The position numbers and the translations under genes are program-made. A stretch of 64,000 bases of DNA from positions 42,782,001-42,846,000 of the forward strand of contig OZ076413.1 of assembly GCA_964187785.1 (NCBI GenBank). The letters are read 5' to 3'. The stretch is from Amphiscolops sp. MND2022. Its lineage: Eukaryota. Within the stretch, counting starts at the first letter, position 1, and every line of letters begins with the position of its first letter. A model generated the notes under the pieces. The model was given only the letters and a program-made list of their open reading frames with translations. It ran no database searches and was not told the DNA's origin. This document shows positions 39,601 through 51,600 of the stretch, piece after piece.

Positions 39601-42600
39601 ATTTCTTTATTCGCACGTAGTCGTTCGTTTATTGTACGAATTACTCGTTCTATTTTTCCACTACCCTTGTTGTCCCTTATGGGTCATTTTAAATGCTTAA
39701 TGTACCTCTTCTCGCAAAATTCCTTAAAGCGCTTGCTTCTTAAAATAGTGGCTGGGTCTGTCCGTATTGTTTGCGGAATTCCATGTCTCGCTATAATTTT
39801 TTTTGAAAAAGGTATTACTCTATCTGTATCTCGTTTCCGTAAGAACTTAGCCGCCAGCCATCCGTTAAAGTAGTCGATGGATAATATCGGATACCTATTA
39901 GCATTATTTGCGTTATGAAATGGTCCTGCAAAATCTATTGCAATTTCCTGGTTATTTTCTACACGTTTTGGCGATATTCCTATTTGATTTTGTCTTAGGT
40001 GGGCATTTATGTTCTAGCCTGCTACGTGGCACTGCTGACATGCTTTTGCTATCCCAACTACCTCTTTATGAAGGCGCGGCCACCACACATTTGACATTGT
40101 GGCAAGCATACTGTCCCCTCCTGGGTGTCCATAGTACTGGCTTCTTATAATGATGTCGTAACAACTTTGGTATGACCAATCTCTTGTCCATGTACAGGTA
40201 ATTGTTTGAATCTAAACTAACTCATCTAAACTTTTCTCTCCATGGTGCGGGTAACCAGTTGATTTTGATTGAATTAGGCTTCTTTAGTAGTCCAATTACC
40301 ATTCGTAGGAACTCATCTGATTCGAAATGTGCAGCGAAGGTATAATTCCCTAATGTCTGGAAAATTTCAACTTGATTGATCGAATATTATATCGGTGTTT
40401 TAAGCGGTGACTTGTTCGCAAATTCAATTGTGCTGGCGTCGCAATAGTCACTATCTGAGAAATGTTAGCTGTTATTTTAGAAGTGGCAATTATGTTCTTT
40501 GTAGTTTGTTTGTTCATACGCGTTCACACTTGCCACTTGCGTCGCGTCGGCAAGCTCGTTGCTGATTGGTTGGCTCGCCGTATTGCGTCCGTTCTTCCCA
40601 TCTAAAACAGGCTTCTCATAGTTAATTTCACTTACATTAAACCAGTTGTTCCATAGTTTCTCGGCTTTTAGTTGATTTTCTCTCTTGGTATCTGAAGCGT
40701 GCATCGACAAATAGTCGGCGATTCCTAATGTTCGCCCGGGGCGTGCGTTACTGTTAATTTTAAACGGTAGTAGCTTGCATATCGACCTAGTAAGAATACT
40801 TGAGAAAAATTTCTCCGCTCTATTTCCGTGTAAAGTGGACGTTAATACCTTATGATCAGATACTACTTCAAACTCTGTACCGTATACGTAGTTTCTAGAA
40901 TTTTCTTTGGCCCACACGACTGCCAGTAGTTCCAGTTCATTGAAAGAGTATTTCTGTTCAATGGTTGTCAAGAATCTCGACGCGAAGTGGACCGCTCTCC
41001 AACCTTTATCTGTCTTCTGCTGGAGTACTGCTCCCAATCCTTCACAGCTTGCATCACACACAATTCTCAATAGTTGGTTTTTCTTAATTTGTTTTATCTC
41101 GGTTATCGCTTGTATTGCCATCTTTATCCTTCGCAACGCTTCTTCGTTTTCGTTTGTCCATTCCCACGTCGTCTTTTCTTTACTTAGTAGTGGGCGTAAT
41201 GGTGCACAAAGCTGCGCCAGATTGGGGATAAATCTGCTTAGTTGATTTATAGCTCCAATGAATGACCGCAGTTCCTTCAAATTCGTCGACTTTAGTTTGT
41301 CGGTGATTGCTTGAATTTTTTCTTCAATTGGTCGTACGCCATTTTCTCATAATGTGAAACCTAGCCATTCGGTACTTGCTTGTGCGAAATTTCGTTTCTC
41401 TAAATTTAAGCGAATCCCTGCTTCGTCCAAGGTAATTCTTCTACTTTCTTCATGTGATCTTCTTTATTACCTTTCGTAACTATTAGAATGTCATCAATAA
41501 AGGTGCAGGTGTTCGGAATGTTTTGTAATATTTTATTCGAAATCTTTTGGAATTTTGGTGTCTTTATCCTTAAACCCATAAAATCCGGTTCGAATGCGTA
41601 CGTTCCAGTTGCTCTTCTTCCGAATATTCGAAAGTTGCAGAGTCTACCTATTCCCGGGTGTAACTCTGGTTGTCCATATGCCTATAGCATCGCCAATGAT
41701 GTAAATCTGACTGTGTCCGTCATCCTTACTGTCGAATATTTCGGCGACTCCCTCCATCAGATTCTCCAAGTTTGGCATCTGGTACTTCTCCTTCTGGATG
41801 GCATTGTTGAGCGACCTGGCATCGAATGCAATTTTGACAGATTTGTCTCATTTGATAGCGATTACCACTGGCTGTATGAAGACTTCGCTGTTGATTCTTT
41901 CCAAGCATTGAATGTGCCCATCTGCTAACAACTTGTCTATTTCTTGTTCAACAGCCTCTTGGAGTTGTAGTGGTGCTCGTTTCCCTTTTTGTTGGATGTT
42001 TTTTGCGTTTTCCATAAAGGCTATTTTTCTCGTGTGTCTTTTATTCCTTTTCTTGTGAACAAGTGTTTAATTTTAATTTTCAAAGTTAGTTTTGCTTTCT
42101 GATGTTTTTATATGGCCGACAACGTTATTATACTCACTATTACTGTTTGCTTCGCCCACGTGATAGTTTAACTGTGCCAACAAGGCTCTCCCGATTAATG
42201 ATCGTTTTCCATTTCGCAATATGACAATTTTTGCGATCTTGATTTTACGTTTCCCACTTGTACTTCCACATTGATAAATCCTACAAGATTTAGTGGTTGA
42301 ATATTGTAATCCACGTAGCTTTCATTCGTTAGTAATGATCTGACAAACATCACGTCGGTTCTTAGAAGTTTCCTCAGATCTGCTTGGGTGAAGATTGAGG
42401 TTGGTGAGCCCGAATCAATCATGGTTGTGAAAGGCTGTTTGTTAATTTTTAATCAGCGCTTCATGAAGTGAAACGCGACTATTATAGTGGCTTTTCTTTT
42501 TTTTCAATCCACACGAACTGACCAAAATAGTTCTTAAAAGTTCAACAAAATATTATTGCACCAAATTGCACTATTTGGTCTAGCGAACTGAACCAAAAAG

Positions 42601-45600
42601 GTTTTCCCTGTTTTCCTGCGTACCATACCATACCCGGGGAGACCAAAGGGTCCCCCCTCCAATTTTTTCGGCACTGCGAGACTTTTTTTCGGAAAACTTT
42701 TTTCCCCAAAGGGTCCCCCCGTCAACTGTTTTGCTGTTTTGCGACAGAATGGATGTTGAAAAACCTCAAAGGGTCCTCTTTTCAGTTTTTCGGCATTGTG
42801 AGACTTAAGCGCGCCAGGGGTTCGCGCTAGCCAGCCCCGGCGCGCCACTCGTTCCATTTGTTTTCGAAAAACTTTCGATTTTCGAGTACGGTAAAAGAGA
42901 ATACTTGACACTTGGAAGTCTTTTTGCTATTTTTGAGCCTTGGATATGGCGCCGACTTGGGCTGGTCCCGGCTTGTTCCTTTCATTACAAACGGTGGGTG
43001 TCCTTGTTTACCTTTTAAGTGAAGAACCAAACTATCTTCTTGCGTCTCACTGCTTGCATCTGATTGGTTGTCATCTCGGCCAATAAGGTTCACTCTTCTC
43101 ATTCCGGCTTATTGGTTATTTTTATTTCTACCGCGAACTCTGAAGTTGCCAGATTTTGGTTTTTTACACATTTTAGCAATATGGTCAATTAACGCACAAT
43201 TTCAACAACGTTCGTGTTTTGCCTTGCATTCTGCTAAATGCCCATTGTTAAACTCCAAGCCACATCTTGTGGACGGATTTTTTCTCTCGTTTACCGCAAA
43301 GACTGGCTCTTGTTTAGTTTCCTTGTAGGCGTTTCTTCCTTCGTATATCTTATGTTGGTTTACCCCTTCTTCGTAAGCCACTGCGAACCGAAAGGCTTCT
43401 TGTAGGTCCTTCCTTGGTTTTGTGCAGAGTCGTTTTCGCACGATTTTATTATTAATTTTTTGAATGAATGTGTCCATCACTAAACTCTCTGTTGTTCACC
43501 AAACTCGCAATTTGCAGCTAATTCTTTCAGCGTATGCCAAAATTGTCTCACCGTTTCTTTTTCTTTCTGTTTTCTCGAAAAGAACTTGAATCATTCTAGA
43601 GTTCTGTTTCTCGGCTTGCTAAATGCTTCGTCACAATTGATTCGCAATTTTTGTAGTGTCACCGTTGCGACTCTCACTTCTGGAAAGTTGTCCGTTACAC
43701 TCTTTCTGCCAGCTGTTCCCAGCGATAGTACTGATTACTTTCCTCTCTGCTGCCTGCTCATTGAGGTTATTTATTAGGGCCAAGTTCCTTGGTGCTTGTT
43801 CTTTGACTATTCTCAACAACTCGTTGACTGACAATGAGTATTTGGCATTGACCGCCACTGTAAAGAGGTCCCACCAATCCTCCCAATCTCTTCTAGGTGC
43901 TGCGTTTGCCGAATCCCTGCGGTTTTTGTGCCTGAGATATAGCGCCCACTTTAGGCGTTCCCGTCTTGTTTCTCCTGATATCGCTGAAAGGTCCAACTTT
44001 TAGAAAGTATATAATTTTTGTAAGAAACCTCTGGTGGAAATGTATCGTAATGTAGCAAATCTACAACACAAGCAAAGGGCCCGAATTCACAGTAATATAT
44101 ACCTTTGGCTATTTAAGAGACCATAAGCCCCATTTTAGGTACCCCTTCTTCGTAAGCCACTGCGAACCGAAAGGCTTCTTGTGGGTCCTTCCTTGGTTTT
44201 GTGCAGAGTCGTTTTTGCACGATTTTATTATTAATTTTTTGAATGAACGTGTCCATCACTAAACTCTCTGTTGGTCACCAAACTCGCAATTTGCAGCTAA
44301 TTTTTTCAGCGTATACCAAAATTGTCTCACCGTTTCTTTTTTTTCTGTTTTCTCGAAAAGAACTTGAATCATTCTAGAATTCTGTTTCTCGGCTTGCTAA
44401 ATGCTTCGTCACAATTGGTTCGCAATTTTTGTAGTGTCACCCACCGTTGCGACTCTCACTTCTGGAAAGTTGTCCGTTACACTCTTTCTGCCAGCTGTTC
44501 CCAGTGATAGTACTGATTACTTTCCTCTCTGCTGCCTGCTCATTGAGGTTATTTATTAGGGCCAAGTTCCTTGGTGCTTGTTCTTTGACTATTCTCAACA
44601 ACTCGTTGACTGACAATGAGTATTTGGCATTGACCGCCACTGTAAAGAGGTCCCACCAATCCTCCCAATCTATTCTAGGTGCTGCGTTTGCCGAATCCCT
44701 GCGGTTTTTGTGCCTGAGATATAGCGCCCACTTTAGGCGTTCCCGTCTTGTTTCTCCTGATATCGCTGAAAGGTCCAACTTTTAGAAAATATATAATTTT
44801 TGTAAGAAACCTCTGGTGGAAATGTATCGTAATGTAGCAAATCTACAACACAAGCAAAGGGCCCGAATTCACAGTAATATATACCTTTGGCTATTTAAGA
44901 GACCAAACGCCCCATTTTAGGTACCCCTTCTTCGTAAGCCACTGCGAACCGAAAGGCTTCTTGTGGGTCCTTCCTTGGTTTTGTGCAGAGTCGTTTTTGC
45001 ACGATTTTATTATTAATTTTTTGAATGAACGTGTCCATCACTAAACTCTCTGTTGGTCACCAAACTCGCAATTTGCAGCTAATTTTTTCAGCGTATACCA
45101 AAATTGTCTCACCGTTTCTTTTTCTTTCTGTTTTCTCGAAAAGAACTTGAATCATTCTAGAATTCTGTTTCTCGGCTTGCTAAATGCTTCGTCACAATTG
45201 GTTCGCAATTTTTGTAGTGTCACCCACCGTTGCGACTCTCACTTCTGGAAAGTTGTCCGTTACACTCTTTCTGCCAGCTGTTCCCAGCGATAGTACTGAT
45301 TACTTTCCTCTCTGCTGCCTGCTCATTGAGGTTATTTATTAGGGCCAAGTTCCTTGGTGCTTGTTCTTTGACTATTCTCAACAACTCGTTGACTGACAAT
45401 GAGTATTTGGCATTGACCGCCACTGTAAAGAGGTCCCACCAATCCTCCCAATCTATTCTAGGTGCTGCGTTTGCCGAATCCCTGCGGTTTTTGTGCCTGA
45501 GATATAGCGCCCACTTTAGGCGTTCCCGTCTTGTTTCTCCTGATATCGCTGAAAGGTCCAATTTTTAGAAAATATATAATTTTTGTAAGAAACCTCTGGT

Positions 45601-48600
45601 GGAAATGTATCGTAATGTAGCAAATCTACAACACAAGCAAAGGGCCCGAATTCACAGTAATATATACCTTTGGCTATTTAAGAGACCAAACGCCCCATTT
45701 TAGGTACCCCTTCTTCGTAAGCCACTGCGAACCGAAAGGCTTCTTGCGGGTCCTTCCTTGGTTTTGTGCAGAGTCGTTTTTGCACGATTTTATTATTAAT
45801 TTTTTGAATGAACGTGTCCATCACTAAATTCTCTGTTGGTCACCAAACTCGCAATTTGCAGCTAATTTTTTCAGCGTATACCAAAATTGTCTCACCGTTT
45901 CTTTTTCTTTCTGTTTTCTCGAAAAGAACTTGAATCATTCTAGAATTCTGTTTCTCGGCTTGCTAAATGCTTCGTCACAATTGGTTCGCAATTTTTGTAG
46001 TGTCACCCACCGTTGCGACTCTCACTTCTGGAAAGTTGTCCGTTACACTCTTTCTGCCAGCTGTTCCCAGCGATAGTACTGATTACTTTCCTCTCTGCTG
46101 CCTGCTCATTGAGGTTATTTATTAGGGCCAAGTTCCTTGGTGCTTGTTCTTTGACTATTCTCAACAACTAGTTGACTGACAATGAGTATTTGGCATTGAC
46201 CGCCACTGTAAAGAGGTCCCACCAATCCTCCCAATCTATTCTAGGTGCTGCGTTTGCCGAATCCCTGCGGTTTTTGTGCCTGAGATATAGCGCCCACTTT
46301 AGGCGTTCCCGTCTTGTTTCTCCTGATATCGCTGAAAGGTCCAACTTTTAGAAAATATATAATTTTTGTAAGAAACCTCTGGTGGAAATGTATCGTAATG
46401 TAGCAAATCTACAACACAAGCAAAGGGCCCGAATTCACAGTAATATATACCTTTGGCTATTTAAGAGACCAAACGCCCCATTTTAGATATTTTTCCATAA
46501 TTTTCAGTCAGAAATTGGCGTTTTCAGCACTGATGAGTCCAAAGTGGCTCGTGAACAGTTCAAGAGACGTTTTGAGTCTTAAGCCTTTTGATTAAACTTC
46601 ATCTGTGCTATAAATATTGTCTACGTTTTCCAACATTTTTCTAACTTTTCTGTTCAAATATTGCAACTTCCTATCCATGTCTTTAGGTGAGCAAGACACG
46701 GCGGCCCTTTTCTATTTTGGCGTAAAAATAAAACTCTTCCCGTGACTGATTTTTTTTCGGGAATTTTGACTCCACTCCGCCTACTGTTTTTGAGTTGAGA
46801 AAATGGCATTATTTCACTCAATTAGTTACTCAGTTTGTTTTTCCTATGCCTACAGATCGATAATTTTTTTGTAGAATCTCAAGTAATTCCACAGATGGTC
46901 AATTCTACTTCCAATACATATCGACTTCGGGTGCAATCACAGTGAGAAGAGAAATCGACTACGAGACTCGAACTGAGATCATATTCGAAGTCTTGGCCAC
47001 TGATCAAGGCATCCCACCGCTGACTGGATCCGCCTCTATAACCGTACAGGTGCAAGATCTGAATGACAACTACCCAGTCTATGTGCCAGACAATTTCTAC
47101 CATGGTGTCATCATTCCGTAGTACAAGGCCTATAAATCCTGCATTGATACCGTGCAGGCAACTGACGCGGATTCCGGACAAAATGGGGTTGTGGTTTACA
47201 GGGGTTGTACCTGAGGTATAGCGCCCACTTTAGGCGTTCCCGTCTTGTTTCTCCTGATATCGCTGAAAGGTCCAACTTTTAAAAAATATATAATTTTTGT
47301 AAGAAACCTCTGGTGGAAATGTATCGTAATGTAGCAAATCTACAACACAAGCAAAGGGCCCGAATTCACAGTAATATATACCTTTGGCTATTTAAGAGAC
47401 CAAACGCCCCATTTTAGGTACCCCTTCTTCGTAAGCCACTGCGAACCGAAAGGCTTCTTGTGGGTCCTTCCTTGGTTTTGTGCAGAGTCGTTTTTGCACG
47501 ATTTTATTATTAATTTTTTGAATGAACGTGTCCATCACTAAACTCTCTGTTGGTCACCAAACTCGCAATTTGCAGCTAATTTTTTCAGCGTATACCAAAA
47601 TTGTCTCACCGTTTCTTTTTCTTTCTGTTTTCTCGAAAAGAACTTGAATCATTCTAGAATTCTGTTTCTCGACTTGCTAAATGCTTCGTCACAATTGGTT
47701 CGCAATTTTTGTAGTGTCACCCACCGTTGCGACTCTCACTTCTGGAAAGTTGTCCGTTACACTCTTTCTGCCAGCTGTTCCCAGCGATAGTACTGATTAC
47801 TTTCCTCTCCGCTGCCTGCTCATTGAGGTTATTTATTAGGGCCAAGTTCCTTGGTGCTTGTTCTTTGACTATTCTCAACAACTCGTTGACTGACAATGAG
47901 TATTTGGCATTGACCGCCACTGTAAAGAGGTCCCACCAATCCTCCCAATCTATTCTAGGTGCTGCGTTTGCCGAATCCCTGCGGTTTTTGTGCCTGAGAT
48001 ATAGCGCCCACTTTAGGCGTTCCCGTCTTGTTTCTCCTGATATCGCTGAAAGGTCCAACTTTTAGAAAATATATAATTTTTGTAAGAAACCTCTGGTGGA
48101 AATGTATCGTAATGTAGCAAATCTACAACACAAGCAAAGGGCCCGAATTCACAGTAATATATACCTTTGGCTATTTAAGAGACCAAACGCCCCATTTTAG
48201 GTACCCCTTCTTCGTAAGCCACTGCGAACCGAAAGGCTTCTTGTGGGTCCTTCCTTGGTTTTGTGCAGAGTCGTTTTTGCACGATTTTATTATTAATTTT
48301 TTGAATGAACGTGTCCATCACTAAACTCTCTGTTGGTCACCAAACTCGCAATTTGCAGCTAATTTTTTCAGCGTATACCAAAATTGTCTCACCGTTTCTT
48401 TTTCTTTCTGTTTTCTCGAAAAGAACTTGATTCATTCTAGAATTCTGTTTCTCGGCTTGCTAAATGCTTCGTCACAATTGGTTCGCAATTTTTGTAGTGT
48501 CACCCACCGTTGCGACTCTCACTTCTGGAAAGTTGTCCGTTACACTCTTTCTGCCAGCTGTTCCCAGCGATAGTACTGATTACTTTCCTCTCTGCTGCCT

Positions 48601-51600
48601 GCTCATTGAGGTTATTTATTAGAGCCAAGTTCCTTGGTGCTTGTTCTTTGACTATTCTCAACAACTCGTTGACTGACAATGAGTATTTGGCATTGACCGC
48701 CACTGTAAAGAGGTCCCACCAATCCTCCCAATCTATTCTAGGTGCTGCGTTTGCCGAATCCCTGCGGTTTTTGTGCCTGAGATATAGCGCCCACTTTAGG
48801 CGTTCCCGTCTTGTTTCTCCTGATATCGCTGAAAGGTCCAACTTTTAGAAAATATATAATTTTTGTAAGAAACCTCTTGTGGAAATGTATCGTAATGTAG
48901 CAAATCTACAACACAAGCAAAGGGCCCGAATTCACAGTAATATATACCTTTGGCTATTTAAGAGATTAAACGCCCCATTTTAGGTACCCCTTCTTCGTAA
49001 GCCACTGCGAACCGAAAGGCTTCTTGTGGGTCCTTCCTTGGTTTTGTGCAGAGTCGTTTTTGCACGATTTTATTATTAATTTTTTGAATGAACGTGTCCA
49101 TCACTAAACTCTCTGTTGGTCACCAAACTCGCAATTTGCAGCTTATTTTTTCAGCGTATACCAAAATTGTCTCACCGTTTCTTTTTCTTTCTGTTTTCTC
49201 GAAAAGAACTTGAATCATTCTAGAATTCTGTTTCTCGGCTTGCTAAATGCTTCGTCACAATTGGTTCGCAATTTTTGTAGTGTCACCCACCGTTGCGACT
49301 CTCACTTCTGGAAAGTTGTCCGTTACACTCTTTCTGCCAGCTGTTCCCAGCGATAGTACTGATTACTTTCCTCTCTGCTGCCTGCTCATTGAGGTTATTT
49401 ATTAGGGCCAAGTTCCTTGGTGCTTGTTCTTTGACTATTCTCAACAACTAGTTGACTGACAATGAGTATTTGGCATTGACCGCCACTGTAAAGAGGTCCC
49501 ACCAATCCTCCCAATCTATTCTAGGTGCTGCGTTTGCCGAATCCCTGCGGTTTTTGTGCCTGAGATATAGCGCCCACTTTAGGCGTTCCCGTCTTGTTTC
49601 TCCTGATATCGCTGAAAGGTCCAACTTTTAGAAAATATATAATTTTTGTAAGAAACCTCTGGTGGAAATGTATCGTAATGTAGCAAATCTACAACACAAG
49701 CAAAGGGCCCGAATTCACAGTAATATATACCTTTTGCTATTTAAGAGACCAAACGCCCCATTTTAGATATTTTTCCATAATTTTCAGTCAGAAATTGGCG
49801 TTTTCAGCACTGATGAGTCCAAAGTGGCTCGTGAACAGTTCAAGAGACGTTTTGAGTCTTAAGCCTTTTGATTAAACTTCATCTGTGCTATAAATATTGT
49901 CTACGTTTTCCAACATTTTTCTAACTTTTCTGTTCAATTATTGCAACTTCCTATCCATGTCTTTAGGTGAGCAAGACACGGCGGCCCTTTTCTATTTTGG
50001 CATAAAAATAAAACTCTTCCCGTGACTGATTTTTTTTTCGGGAATTTTGACTCCACTCCGCCTACTGTTTTTGAGTTGAGAAAATGGCATTATTTCACTC
50101 AATTAGTTACTCAGTTTGTTTTTCCTATGCCTACAGATCGATAATTTTTTTGTAGAATCTCAAGTAATTCCACAGATGGTCAATTCTACTTCGAATACAT
50201 ATCAACTTCGGGTGCAATCACAGTGAGAAGAGAAATCGACTACGAGACTCGAACTGAGATCATATTCGAAGTCTTGGCCACTGATCAAGGCATCCCACCG
50301 CTGACTGGATCCGCCTCTATAACCGTACAGGTGCAAGATCTGAATGACAACTACCCAGTCTATGTGCCAGACAATTTCTACCATGGTGTCATCATTCCGC
50401 AGTACAAGGCCTATAAATCCTGCATTGATACCGTGCAGGCAACTGACGCGGATTCCGGACAAAATGGGGTTGTGGTTTACACCTTCAAAAATCTAGAGTA
50501 CAAATTTGAGATCGGGCCGGATTCAGGTTTGTTCCTGTCAATTTCGTGTCTTTGTTCATCCAGCAAAAATTCATAGTCTGGTTTCCAGCAAACGTTTTCA
50601 ATGTTTCTACGTAAAACAAAATATTTTTAAACAAATTTTACAATTTTTTTTCTCTTTTGAAACTTTTTCGGCGAGTTTTTATAGAAATTTTATAAAACAG
50701 AACAGAGTTTTCAAACTTGAAACCGGCAACATGACAGAATCAGCCTATATTGGGTAACTCGGATATGTCTCAAAAAAGTCTCCAGAAATTGATAAAAATC
50801 GTCAGGAGTAGGAAAGTTCATAACAATACAAGAATAAAAGGGATTGATAATTAAAACAGAAAAATAACTAGTATCAACTATCATCAACCGAGTTGAACCT
50901 CACAGCAGCATCACGCCTACCGTTATAAAGTCGTAGCAAGAACGTATCAACCATGCACATCGTACTACGTATGGTACTATGGAATACATGTTTCTGCAAT
51001 TTCTCTTACAGTGAATAATATAGCCTAGCAATTGTATTTCAAAATTTAAAAATTGCTAAAGTTTTATTTGCATGCTCTGTTTCTGCAAAAGCGTTTTTTA
51101 CTTTGGGGCATATAATTTTTTGCTAATAAATGATATTAGTAACTTGAAATAACCCCAAATTTGTAAACTCATCTAAAGTTGTGATTGGAAATTTGATACT
51201 TGAGAGTGCGGTCCTGTCATTCCAATTACCTACCATAGTAGACAAACTCTTCAAAGCGTTCTAGTTTCGACCTGTGGGTTTGTTTTCTCGTTGTGAAAAC
51301 CATTTTTTCTAATTGATTGATTACTAATCAAAATACTAGTTTCCAAGGTAATGGTCAAAGTTAGACAATGAAATTGCCGTGAATATTTCATGGAGCTGCT
51401 GACGTGCGTTGCAGGCCCTGTATGCAAACTGTATCTTGCGTTTCGGTCCGCGATGTGTTATACCATTATGTGTTTCCTGGTGCGATCTCACTACGACATC
51501 ACGCCGATCGTAGTAATGGAATCGACATCACGCCGAATCGTGGAATGATCACGGTTAAAATTTAGGCGTGATCATGACGCAATCGTAGCACGATCGTACT

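Noticed and set aside
43631..48848. Multicopy 112-121 aa ORFs as a gene family
   Set aside because: Chimeric gag/element-end frames inside the 783-bp repeat; broken by a stop in some units
46875..50526. Dscam-like mutually exclusive exon pair
   Set aside because: Upstream copy is truncated, lacks a donor and has an in-frame stop
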